A stretch of DNA of 64,000 nucleotides from the NCBI GenBank assembly GCA_013265495.1, contig MU058449.1, positions 606,176 to 670,175 of the forward strand, written 5' to 3'. This document shows positions 13,567 to 25,570 of this stretch, in pieces (the first letter of the stretch is position 1; every line of letters begins with the position of its first letter). A program made the translations under genes and the position numbers. The notes under the pieces were generated by a model. The model had not been told where the DNA came from. It saw only the letters and a program-made list of their open reading frames with translations, and searched no databases. This stretch comes from Vicugna vicugna (lineage: Eukaryota).

Positions 13567-14029
13567 GTCTCTGATTTTGAGAGTGGGATATGTGCATCAG
13601 GGAGCTGACGTAGAAGCCAAATGAAAGACTTCAGATAAAATTGGAGCTATTGTTTTGTTTTGTTTTGGTTTTTTTGACATTGCAAAGAGCAAAACTCAGG
13701 TTATTGAACCTGATAAAAAGAAGTAATAGTCTATCTACATTCCTGAAGCTAATAAAGAGGAAGAATTTGAAATTATATCTGGCCCTATGAATTTAGCCTT
13801 GGGGCTCTGATTAGAGGATAGTCAAGGCACTAAAAGGATTAAAGTCACATATCAACAAACTCAAAAACATGCTGACCTTGGACCATCTTCATCTGGGAAG
13901 GCAGATGGTACATCCCACTTTCCAGGAGCTCCCATAGGCACCTAGAAAGCATCCCTGCTGTTTACATGCTTGTCTCCATCATTACACTACCCTTTTTTCT
14001 GTACTTAAGTATTTTTTTTAATTGAGAAT

Positions 14030-14260
14030 AATAACAACAACAGTAATAATACCAATTTATTGAATGCTTGTCATTTCCAGGTCCTGGACCAAGCCTTCAC
14101 AACTCCTTTAATATTCATAACCCTATAAAATAAGCACTTGTCCCATCCAGATTTTGTAGGTTAGAACAAGTGGCATTGAATAAATTTGGTGTCTTATCTG
14201 TATTACATAGTTGTAAGTAGCAGAGGCAGGATAAACCCAAGCCCTTGCTCTCAATATATT
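14030..14260 (-). mobile_element. MIR SINE remnant
   Basis: aataccaatttattgaatgctt...ataaccctataaaataag...gtaagtagcagaggcaggat. Confidence 0.55.
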
Positions 14261-16295
14261 TACTCACAATATATTTAATTCTGGGTGTAATGAGGCAGTA
14301 CTTAAAATATGAGTTACGGAGTTATTGTTTAGTGGATGGCAACACGCCCAGGACTACTGCTGCTGGAGCTGCTGATGCTGCAGCTTTCATCATCCTTATC
14401 TTCAAAGGAGAAACGTGAAGGAGACGGAAAGGGGTATAGGGAAACCACAAACTCCCTCATCTGTACCCTTGCGTCTGAGGTCAGCCTTTATGTACTTATG
14501 GCACCGCAGACAACAGCTATGCAGGGCATTCTGTCTGTCTCTAAAATGGACAGTATGATCTAGAGATTGGGGGCATCAGTTGAATCACTGCATTGGGTGA
14601 AAACACCCAAGACCTGAAAGTCCTCAAAGAGTTTTGTTCATCCCCTGAGGATATTCGTCACTTTGCACTGTTTCTAGGACCTTGCCCCTCATGCTGGAAA
14701 GAGCAGGTTGAGACCTAGCCTCTTAACAACAACTGCTGGCAATTCCTGCTCCAGACCCAGGGCTATAATAGTGTTGACAAGCTCTTAACAAGTTCCTCCA
14801 GGGGTGGTAGAGCTCCACTCTCCCCACAAAACCCAGAAGGTTTAAATGATATTTAGCACTCATATTATTTTATTAATTGTCTGCAATGTGCTCTTGTTTC
14901 TTATAGAGTTAAGAAAAAAATAATTTGGGGTGTGTGTGCGTGTGAACCTATCTAAAATTAACTCAGAAAGACCTGGTGAACGTGAAAGGAGTATTAAAAT
15001 GGAAATACTCTTTTCTTGTACTCACAGTCTTACTAAATGAGTCTCAGCTAAGCTAGTGTCTACCCTAACAAACTTCTAAAATAGCTACCAATTTGAGTAG
15101 TAGATACTGTCACCACGAAAGATGCAAAGAACTTTTTATGTTATATTTTTACAATCAAGTGGTAAATATTTTAGGAAAGGTGATTTGGATCATGTAAAGG
15201 AATATAGACAGCTCACTGCATACATGTGCCTTTGTTCTCCTACGTCATATGCTTTGTCTTCAAATAAAACTCATAGTGGTTTTTTAACCTTCTACTCTGA
15301 GTGTCATCTCAATCTGCCTCACCCATTTTCCCTATCTCCCACAATATGGATAGTGTCCAGGATTCCCCCAGGAAGTCTGCCCGGCTGAGCCTTAGCCAGC
15401 AAGTGAACTGCTCTGAGACTTGATATCTTCATCTGGAAATCCCTCACAGGGAGACTGTAGTTATTCAATAAGACAACATGTAAAAGGCTCTGGCACTGTG
15501 TCCTTTACTTAGTGGACAGTCTGAAATACACGTTCTCTTATTCTTAATGCATTCAATATTTTTGGCTCTCTATAATCACACAGCATTCTGTAGTTCACAA
15601 GTAATTGTCCTTATATGATTAAATTTATTTTCATAACAATACTGAACGTTAAGTGATAATATTTCCATTTTAAAAATAAAGAAATTGCCACTAGGAGAGG
15701 GGAAGAGAGTACCCAGTGTCACTCATGGAAGAGCTAAAAGTCACCCTCAATCTGTTGATCCCGAGTTATGCAATATGGTTGGCCCCTGCTCAGTTATATG
15801 CATTTATATTCTTAATCCTAAAATTTGATCATCCTTCTAACTCATATTTTATTTAATAATGCATTATCCCCAGGTGTTCTCTTATTATTTAATGAGTATA
15901 GTTCATTTTCCCCTATTAAGCTAATGGAGGCCATTCCTAACTCTTGAGTTAGAATGTTAAATTAAATAAATTCAATGAGTTTTCATTTAAAAGGCATAAA
16001 ACTTGTGGCCTATTTATGTTCAAAAGAGTTATTAAAAAGTGAAATTAGTAATATTCCCTGCTTTTATATGCCACAGGACAGTCCATTGAACAGTTCCTAT
16101 AGATGCCACTCTTTCTAAACTGGGCAAAAGATGAATTGGTACAGGAAAAGGAAGTATGTTCTGAGAGCAGGGAACTCTCTCTTTGCCCAATTCAAATCAC
16201 ACAGAACATGGGAAAAAGTAGAAATCTTTATTTTTTGTCATAGTCATTGTTGAGCCTTTACAGAATAGATTCTCCCTCTCTCCAGCTGGCAGACC

Positions 16296-17252
16296 CTAAC
16301 CCCCTGCAGTGACCTTGGTTTGAACAAATATCTGGATGATCTTCCTCCGTATCTCTTTGGTCTTCACCGTATAGACTATGGGGTTTAGCACAGGGGGTAC
16401 AAGGAGGTAGGCATTAGCCATGAGGGCATGAGTCAGTGGTGAAAGGTGCCTTCCAAAACGATGAATGACAGACACTCCAATGAGTGGCACATAGAAGATG
16501 AGCACAGCACAGGTGTGTGAAACACAGGTGTTGAGCGCCTTCAGCCGGCCCTCCCCTGAGGCAATTGCCATTACTGTTCTGAGTATGAAAATGTAGGAGA
16601 GGAGGATGGAGAGGGAGTCCAAACCTTTGGTGAAGATGACAGCAATGAGGCCATAGAGACTGTTGACACGGGTACTGGCACAGGCAAGGCGCATGACATC
16701 TTGGTGGAGGCAGAAGGAGTGAGAAAGGAGGGTGGAGCCGTAGAAGGGGAGCCGCTTGATGAGGAAAGGCACAGGGAAGACCACGCAGACTGCCCTTGTC
16801 AAGATGACGGCCCCTGTTCTGCAGACCACACCACTGGTTAGGATGGCGCTATACCTGAGGGGCTTCCAGATTGCCACAACCCGATCAAAGGCCATGGCTA
16901 CCAGCACACCAGACTCAATGGCTGAGAAGGTATGGATGAAGTACATCTGAACGAGGCAGGCATCAAAAACAATGGACTTGTAGTTAAACCAAAATATGCC
17001 TAGCATAGAGGGCATAGTACACAAGGCAAGTCCCATGTCTGCCAATGCCAGCATACACAGAAAGTAGTACATGGGCACATGCAGGGACAAGTCAGACTTG
17101 ATAGTAGAGATGATGACACCATTGCCAAAGAGGGCAATGACATATAGAGCACCCAGTGGGAATGCCATCCAGTGATGCTTTTGTTCGAGCCCTGGAATTC
17201 CAGCTAAGACAAGGTAAAGGTGTTGGAAGTGGGAGTGGTTATGATCTGCCAT
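16296..17252 (-). CDS. Olfactory receptor family 51 subfamily H-like, intact, 318 aa
   Basis: Uninterrupted 7TM ORF from MADHNHS (ATG at 17252) with N-glycosylation sequon NHS, GIPGLE, LHVPMYYFL, MAFDRVVAI, KALNTC, HRFG and PPVLNPIVY. Closest to the OR51H1-like locus in this window. The upstream ATG at 17363 probably lies 5' of a splice acceptor (TTTTTAG, AG at 17312-17311). Confidence 0.92.
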   Translation of the reverse strand: MADHNHSHFQHLYLVLAGIPGLEQKHHWMAFPLGALYVIALFGNGVIISTIKSDLSLHVPMYYFLCMLALADMGLALCTMPSMLGIFWFNYKSIVFDACLVQMYFIHTFSAIESGVLVAMAFDRVVAIWKPLRYSAILTSGVVCRTGAVILTRAVCVVFPVPFLIKRLPFYGSTLLSHSFCLHQDVMRLACASTRVNSLYGLIAVIFTKGLDSLSILLSYIFILRTVMAIASGEGRLKALNTCVSHTCAVLIFYVPLIGVSVIHRFGRHLSPLTHALMANAYLLVPPVLNPIVYTVKTKEIRRKIIQIFVQTKVTAGG

Positions 17253-20183
17253 GACATCAATGTGACCTAGGCATGAGGAGGGGACTTGTGAGATCCTGAT
17301 GGATGTCTTCCTAAAAATATAGTGACAAGGATTAGAATCTGACTTTCCTGGGAGTAGAGCCATTTTATCTTCACATAGGTGGGAGAGACTGTCAGAGAGG
17401 ACTGAATCCCTGAAATTACTGCTCCAAGGAATATTTACTGGCCCAAAAGAAAATACTCACCCAAGTCAAATAAGTCCCATATTCAATTTAAAGCACACAC
17501 TGGAGTGCCAATGCATTGTTAGTAAAATGTATTGCTTTCCCTGTCCTCTTCTCTCTCTTTCTAATCAATTCCTTACAAGCTTTTGAGTCAGAGGCTGAGG
17601 ACACAGTAACTAAGACAGAATTGATATTAAGTATAAATTGGTTGATTCCTCACAAAGGATGCTATGTCCACGCATCACACTGCTTTTGCCCAGAACTCTC
17701 ATGAAGACAACAGATTGCATATATAGGGCGGGGCTAGAAATGCCCAGGCCTTCTTTTGACCATAACCCTCCTTCATTTCCTCTGAGCCTGGATGTGGCCT
17801 CAGAATCATTCTCAACCCAGGAGCCTCAGACTGCCACTTCTAATGACGGGAAATGAAAGGTACTTGTCGTGTCAAATCTAATGAAATCTTAGTAGAAGGG
17901 TAAGTAAGTTATATTTAGGAAAGTGACAACTACAATTCTTTGTTTTAGACTAACATATTTCGTCCAAAAGGAATTGAAGTCCCCAGGGCTCACCCCAATC
18001 AGGATCATCTGGAAATTGTATTACTAAGGCACAGTGAGCATTCACAGTGCCCTGTTACACTCAGAGAGTCAGTATAGAGGCCCTAGTAGAGATCTGGAAG
18101 ACATGCTCATATGACCAGAATCAGTAACTACATTTATTCCAAAGGGCCCCCTGAGGGACTCAATCAACTTTCAACATGAATGCCAATTCGAGGTAGAGCA
18201 TACTGTCTTTGAGAAGCTCTCAAACCTTAAGACACTCCTCAGCTGCCTTCATCAGCTGATTAGAATCAAGTTGACTAAGAGGCAAGGGAGTATTAGGAAC
18301 ATAGACTCCAGATCCACACATCTTGTAATCGAATTCTAGCTTCCCTTGCTCCTCAGTCTAGCCCTATCTATGTAACACATGGGCAATAGTGCCTACTCCA
18401 TAGGAGCAGTGTGAGGAATATAACCAAGAGGCCTTAGTAAGCAAACTGTGTGCTTTTTTATTATGAGTACTGGGAGCACATCCCCATGTTCTCAGTGCTG
18501 GTACTGGGTTTTTCATGTGCTTCTTTCTTGTTTTTTGGCCAGAGTTTGTTGCAGTTGGTGGAAGTGAAAACTGATAGATTCTCTTCTATCAGCAAAGAAG
18601 CACATTTGCTTTTATGTCCCTTATAATTTTTAAATTATTCACCCTCTGCTCTGCAAATATTGAGTGTCTCAGCCCCAGGCGATGTATACATCTCTGGCTG
18701 ATGGATGCTTGTGTGGAATCAGAAACATATCATAACTGTTTCTGAAGTCTCCCAAAACATCCTCTTTCAAAGATTTCTGATTCAGATTTTCCCAGCCGTA
18801 GCCAGGGCATTTTTTCTATTTTTATAAAGTATTCATTTCTTTCCATTGCTCTTATGTAAGATAGTTAGCTGTTGGTTCAAAAGACTCTGGCCTTTTAGGC
18901 AACATCCATTTTCTGCCCTCCCAGTAAACTTTTGTTTTAGTTTTTTGTTTGTTTTAGTGAGTTTTGAGAAAGAAAATGTTTATTAAGTTTTTCAAGTGAT
19001 TGTAATGGAGTGGAAATGAGAGAAAATTTTAAGAGGTAAACGAAAGAGGGGGAAAGAAAATAAAGTGGGGAGAGAAGGAGAGAAAAGGAATAAAAAGAGA
19101 ATAACATAAATTCAAAGAATAGCAGAAGTAAAAGCTGACCTATTTCACATTTTACTAATAAAGACATCAAAGCCTAGCTAAAGAAAATGACTTGCCCTGA
19201 GTCAAAAACCTGGTTAGTAGGAAAACAGATGAGAAGAGAGGAGAAAGGAAAATTATTACTAAGTGCACTGGGAGCATGAGGGTTCAATTAGAGGAGACAA
19301 AGTCAAAATTACATCTCCTGGCCAAGATGCTTATTCCCTAATACATGTCCTTAAATTTTGTTCTTCATCAGTATTGCCCAGAATCTAGAAAACAGGTGAA
19401 GTTCAAATCTATCCCCTGAAGATTAGCTCTTAGATCCCAAGTTCTTCTTTTGAAAGTTTCACCTAGTCCTGATCCTCTGCTGTCCAACTGCCACATTAAT
19501 GGAAAAAAAACTGTGTAAAGTGTTTTATTTCTGCCCCATAGGCTTCCACAAGCTATATGACCTCATTATAGATCCCAAGTTGAAGGAGGTGAACAATAAA
19601 ACAAAATTATAAAATTTCTCTATTATGTGAAGACATATGATAGGCAGGCAGGACCTAAGGAGACAGGAAGAAAAGCCTTCCAGACCTACAGAGTAATTGT
19701 GACCACCCTTCACCTGATGGTAGAGCCATAAATTCCCTTCTCAAGAGGAAAATCCCCAAACTCCAATCATTCTAGGGTTCTAGATGAAAAAAATTTTTAA
19801 ATCCAATATCTTACTGATACAGAAACATTCATGCAGTATTCTATAGATGACATTTCTGCCTATTAGTTCCAGAGACTGGGAGTTCCCTAATTTCTAAGGT
19901 GATGCACTCAGCACAAAGGATCAGACACCTGTCCACCTCTTAGAAAAAGGTGACTTTCTAACCCTGAGTTTAAAGAAGTCTTTGCATCTTTCCCTAAAAG
20001 CCAGCACAAATGAGAAACTAGGCAAGAATGCAAGGAATGAAGTGCTTGGGTTGGAGAATAAAAGAAAAAAGAGAGATAAGGGGACACAAAAAGAAGTGGT
20101 TGGGGGACCATTTGAAACTTTAGTAATGATAGCTTAAGATATTCTGTTGATAATGCAGTTGTATCCTCTGATTTTGCTCTAAA

Positions 20184-20430
20184 ACTTACCTTGTTGCTCA
20201 GAGTATCCCTACCTGGAAGAGGGTTCTCTAGCAGCCTGAGGTTTTCTGGGCAAAACCATTAGTTACATGCGGACTTTAATTTCCCGAGCTGCCCCAAAAC
20301 TCCTCCCCTACCATACCAAGGAGAGTTTCACAGATCAGTGAACAGGCTTATTCCCTGGAGCTTCCAAGATTGAGGAGGTCTCTCCAGGGCTGTAAAATCA
20401 CCTCCTAGATTCTCATGTCTGGGAATTAAG
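20184..20430 (-). promoter_or_regulatory. Putative promoter / non-coding first exon of the OR51H-like gene
   Basis: Consensus donor AAG|GTAAGT on minus (exon ends at 20190). Upstream are O/E(Ebf)-like TCCCTGGAG (20352-20360) and CTCCAGGGC (20382-20390), and TAATT next to TCCC at ~20277 and ~20420-20429. Confidence 0.4.
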
Positions 20431-20456
20431 ATAGTATTGGGGAGGCTAGTAGGAAA

Positions 20457-20457
<1 letters not shown>

Positions 20458-20494
<37 letters not shown>
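20458..20494. repeat. (TG)n microsatellite, ~18 units
   Basis: Read directly. Confidence 0.95.
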
Positions 20495-20497
<3 letters not shown>

Positions 20498-21209
20498 AAG
20501 GTTGGGGGTTTCAAAGGCTGGTCAGTACCCAATCACACTCTGTTAGGGCCATCTTAGCTATCTCACTCTTTCCATGCCCTGAAATGAATGACAGTTGCCT
20601 TTATTTTTTTCAAAACACAGCAAAAGTAAGAAAAATATTCCAAAGAAAGTTGACTCCATGGTTTTCCCATTCAAAAGAGATTCTAAAATTGAAATGATTC
20701 TCTAATGAATTAAGTTTTCCTGATATTTCACCTGTGTATTTTCAGTTTTCAGTATCAACTTAATAAGTCTAATCGTGCTCTGTGCAAAAGGAAGGCAAGA
20801 GGCTCTTGAGGAAGCCATTAATAAACAGAAAGGACAACGAATTTTCCACAATATCCAATTATCATCTGCAGATAATTCTACAGTCCCTACTTGCCCTCTG
20901 AATAATAATAATAGCATCATCAGTAGCAGTAACATTAATAATAGCAGTAGTAATATCTAGTATAATTTCTGAGCATTATCAGTCATACGTTTGCTTTATA
21001 CATCACCATCACGCCTTCAACACTCCTGTGACATGGATATGGTATTATCATTCTAATCATTCCAAAGAGAAAAGAGGATCACACTGGGGACTGACCCAGA
21101 TCGTTGACATAATTGTAGTAATTTAGCTATAGAAATTACTCAGGATAGAAATAACAGAGCAGGGGCTCCTCACTGCCCCAGGTATGTTCTGGACTTCCTG
21201 ATGTTGACA

Positions 21210-21350
21210 GTTGATTTATAATATGATATCATTTTAGGTGTACAGCATAGTGACTCTGAATTTTTGCTGATTAAGCTCCATTAAAAGTCACTACAAGATA
21301 ATGACTATAATTCTCTGTGCTATACAATAAATATATCTTTGTTGCTTACC
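21210..21350 (-). mobile_element. Short L1 3'-end fragment
   Basis: agttgatttataatatgatatcattttaggtgtacagcatagtga...ctgtgctatacaata. Confidence 0.65.
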
Positions 21351-21692
21351 TCTTAGATGCTTCTTGAAATACACTCACACTTACCCTTTTCTTCCCAGCC
21401 TTTCAGTAAATTGCCTTTTCCCAAGTTCAGTAGTAACCTCACTCCAGTCCCAGTGTCTTTGACTTCATTTCCTACCTGATCACTTGCTTTTCTCATTCTA
21501 CCTTCTTTCTTGACAATTGAATTCATATATACACATATTATATAATATATATGCATATAAAAATTCAATATATAATATTACATATACATATATTCAACTC
21601 CATATATAAGCAGATTTCTTCCAGACCTGTATCTCTGATACTGATCCTTATGATGAGTTCCAAAAAATTATATGTATCTGCCTGGTGGCCAC

Positions 21693-22191
21693 TGCAGGGG
21701 CAGAAAACTTTTTCCTTCTTCCCGTCTAGGTTCTTTGGATGGTCTAATAATTAAATTAACATAGAACAAATTAACAAGAGAAAAACAAATTTAATTTGTA
21801 TATATGAGAGCCCATAAAAAATATGAGACTCAAAGAAGTGACCACAGCAGGCAAGTTTTATAACTTTTACACAAGGAGACAATAAATTTGTGAAGAATTA
21901 ACAAGACAAAGGGGTTTGGGCTTGGGTTAGTAAATTGGTGAAGAAGTAACAAGGATTGTTTATACAGTCTTTTCAGCCCTAAATTTCCTGTCTCTGGTGA
22001 TAAGGATGCTTTGTACTCTCCTGGTGCAGGGAGGGTATCTTTTACATGGGAGATTTACTTCCTGCTTTTAGAGGGACAGAGGAGGGTCAGATGATCATTC
22101 TTGCACTGGCTATTTCTTAAGTAACTTTTATTCAAAATAATCATTATGCTGAAATGGGATGTTTGGAGGTGGCATATTCTGCTCCCTTTCA
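21693..22191 (-). mobile_element. ERV1-class solo LTR (MER34-like), inserted in an L2 remnant
   Basis: TG...CA termini. Minus strand begins tgaaagggagcagaatatgccacctccaaa...gattattttga, like recalled MER34-family LTRs. Homologous to 51359-51868. Confidence 0.7.
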
Positions 22192-23039
22192 CCGTCTTCA
22201 TCTCCACTGTGCTACCCATACTTAGCAAAATCAGTAAGTCCAGAACTTTAAAAAGAAACTTTACGTTTCTCTCCCATACTTTAACTGCCTATTTCTTTAA
22301 CCTTTATGTCTCAGTCCCTAATTCAAACCATCTAGTCATGTAAATTAGTAAAATATAACTCATTCAATAAAGCATAAGTCCTGACAATTTCACCTCTTAA
22401 ATATTTCTATTGTTGCTCCTATCTCTCCATGTGTTACAATGTTATACAACTCCAGACCCTCTATTTCTTCTATGTGGACTTTTTCAATAACATTTTAACT
22501 TTCTTATTCGCATAAAAATAAATTGCTTTGCTTATTCTTGTTTTTCTTTTTCTTGTTTATTCTTTCTCTTAGCTTTGAGTGAGAAATGAGGTTTCTCTTA
22601 AGTCTTGTCAATTTTTCTAGAAAATATTACTCTAATAATATTTGGCACTAACCAATTTTGAATTAGACAGATCTCTTATTACATTTAGGTAAATAATTTA
22701 ATTGCCACATAAATTTGATTTTTTTATGAAAGCCTTATGAAAAATCATTTTCAGGAGCAGTCTAAGATGCATTTGTAATAATTTGTAAGCCTATATAATA
22801 CATCTTGTCTATCCTTAAGCAGTTTTCATAATGTCAAGATAATTTTTAGCATTCATAAAAGTGTATATTTTTTCTAACACATAGTTTCTTATTGACTCAT
22901 TCTTAATACATTTCTGAGGCATTTTGGAAATTGGATTATTAGATTTGTCAAACACAGATACTTCAACCCATAACCCAGTATTGTATGATCAAGGTGACCA
23001 AAAAGTATTTGTTATTAAAAAAAAAAAAAAAAAAACACA

Positions 23040-23290
23040 GGATGGACAGCTCGGTGCTCCACTAGGTGGCCTCGCTCTATTGCTCTGCAGTCTCCGGCTG
23101 CGCGTGCGCAGGCCGAGCGTCCGATGCAATGGGCCCTAGTGGTTGGCGCCACCAGCCGCGCTGGCCCACTGGTCTCGCGCTGAGGGAATGCCGGGCGCCG
23201 CAAACCTTGCCCGGAGCCTCGCGGCCCAGGGCCAGCCGTGCTCCTCCTGTCCGCAGGCCCGAGGCCAGCGGGCAGCGACGGCGGGGAATG
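23040..23290. promoter_or_regulatory. CpG-rich micro-island with CTCF and NRF1 motifs
   Basis: About 27 CpGs counted in ~235 bp in a CpG-poor window. CCACTAGGTGGC at 23059-23070 and TGCGCGTGCGCA at 23099-23110. Confidence 0.65.
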
Positions 23291-23389
23291 GCAGGATAGA
23301 AGAACAGAAGAAAGGAGAGAAAATATAATAAGAAAATGGAAGAAAAGACAGAAGGATATAAGAAAAGAATGAGCCTCGAAAGGTACATT

Positions 23390-24112
23390 TTATTTAAAAT
23401 TATTAAAAAGTTTACAGTTTTATGATACTTTTAAATTTTATGTCACTTTCTTTTGTACAACTCTATGAGTTTTGGCACCTAATCCAGATAGGGAAGAGTT
23501 CCGTCAACCCAGAACATTCCCTCAAGGGACCCCTTTGTAGTCGACGCCTTCACCCGTCAAAAGCCCTAAGGCGACCACTGACGCTGTCTAACCCTATAAT
23601 TATGGTTCATTATACAGTATGTAATCTTTCAAACTGAATTCTTATATTTAACATAGTGTATTTTATATTTATCCATGTGATTACTGAACAGTATTCCTTC
23701 GTATGGACGTCCATTGTGTAGACATAGGTGATATTCTGTGTATGCATTCAGCAGTTGAAGGAACTTTAGTTATAAATAAAGCTGCTATAGGCACTCATGT
23801 ATAGGTTTTTTATGTACATAAGTTTTCTTTCAGTTAAATACCTAACTAAATGGATTCCTCAGTCATATGTTAAGTATATGTTTAATTTAGCAAGAAAATA
23901 ACAAATTGTTTTTCAGAGTGTTTGTGCTGTTTTGCGTTTCCATCACCAATGTATGAAAGTTTTAGTTGCCTTGCATTCTGACCTCAAATTATCTCCCTAT
24001 CATTCCAATAGGTATATAGTGGCATCTCATCATGGTAGTTTTAATTTGTGCCTCCTTAATAACTAATATGTAATGTTGAGCCTCTTTTTTGCCATATATG
24101 TATGTGTGGAGA

Positions 24113-24153
<41 letters not shown>

Positions 24154-25440
24154 CTGGCATATGTTTGCCATATCTCTCTCTCTTCTTTGGTGGAGTGTCT
24201 GTTCAAATTTTTTGCCATTATTTCTTTTTGGGTTACTGTTTTTTTTTTCCTTGTTGTTGAATTTATGAAGTTTTCATTTTAGTACGTATTCTGGATAAAA
24301 AGCTTTTGTTGTTTATGTGATTTGTGAATGTTTTCTCTTAGCCTATGTCTTGCTTTTTCATTCTGTTAACAGTGTCTTTAGGTATCTGTGTAAAATTTTT
24401 GATGAAATATATTTTATTTTTCTTTTGTATGTTGTGCTTTTGGTGTCTAATATAAGAACAGTTTATTTGTGCAACAAAAAGTCTCAAATGTATCCTCATA
24501 TGTTCTCTTCTAAAAGTTTTATATTATGATTTACTTTTAGGCTTTTTTTTTGGTCAAAAATCAATTGAACATATTTCTGTAGGCTTATTTCTAGATTCTG
24601 AATACTGTTTCATTGATTTATGTATCTATCCTTTTGCCAAAACCATATCCTTTTGAATACTGTAGCTTTATAGAAAGTCTAGAAGTCAGGTACTGTGGGT
24701 CTTCGAACTTTGCTCTTCTTTTTCAAAATTGTTTTGTCTATATTAGTTCCTTTGACTTTCCATATACAGTTTAGAATTGGCTTTTCTGTATCTACAAAAA
24801 GCAGTGCTGAGATTTTGATCTAAATTGTATTAGATCTTTAGAACAATTTGGGTAGAATTGACATCTTAATAATGAGTCTTATAATTCAGTCTCTTCATTT
24901 TTTTTTTAGTCATCTTTGATTTACTTTAGCAATGCTATATAGTTTTCACCATAATACTTCTGCACAAATTTTGTTAGATATATACCCATGTATGTCATTT
25001 TGATGCTATTGTAAATGGTACTGTAAAAATTCACTTCCAATTATCTATTGCAAGGATGTAGAAATATCACTGATTTTCATATAGTGGCATATATCCTGTG
25101 ATCTTGCCAAATTTATCTTTTAAGTTCTAGAAATATTTTCAGAATTATTGGGATTTTTTTATATGGACTGGCGTGGTATCTGTGAATAGACAGTTTGATT
25201 TCTTTCATTTCAGTCTGTATCTGTCTGCCTCCTTTGTTTCTCTCTCATTGCACTGACTAGGAATTCAAGTACAATGTTGTGTGAGTGTTGGGAGACATAC
25301 TCTTCTGTCCTAATTTCAGGGAGAAAGCATTAAGCCTTTCATCATTAAGAGGTTAGCTAGAAGGCTTTCTGTAGATGTCTTTTATGGAATTATGGAAGTT
25401 CCCCTTATATTCCTAGTTTGTTGGGAGTTTTTGCCATGAA
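23390..25440 (-). mobile_element. Old L1M element (3' UTR and ORF2 remnants) containing a (TA)n tract at ~24113-24153
   Basis: Antisense L1 motifs such as gtggcatctcatcatggtagttttaatttgtgcctcctt and tactgtagctttatagaaagtctagaagtcagg. Confidence 0.75.
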
Positions 25441-25570
25441 TGTATGTTGGATTCAGCATGCCATCACTGGATTTGAAGATGGAGGAGACTACATACAAGA
25501 GTCAGAGCAGCCTTTAGGATACGAGAGTGACACCCAGCCAACAGCCAACAATAAGCTAGGAAGCCTGCAG
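25440..25570 (+). mobile_element. MLT1 LTR fragment
   Basis: gccatcactggatttgaagatggagg...cccagccaacagccaacaa. Confidence 0.55.

Noticed and set aside
17253..17363. 37-aa N-terminal extension of the OR51H-like ORF as the true start
   Set aside because: It crosses a good splice acceptor, and Met38 gives canonical OR length and N-glycan position.
23015..23388. Four overlapping Arg/Pro/Ala-rich ORFs
   Set aside because: Expected from stop-poor GC-rich sequence; no protein family recognised.
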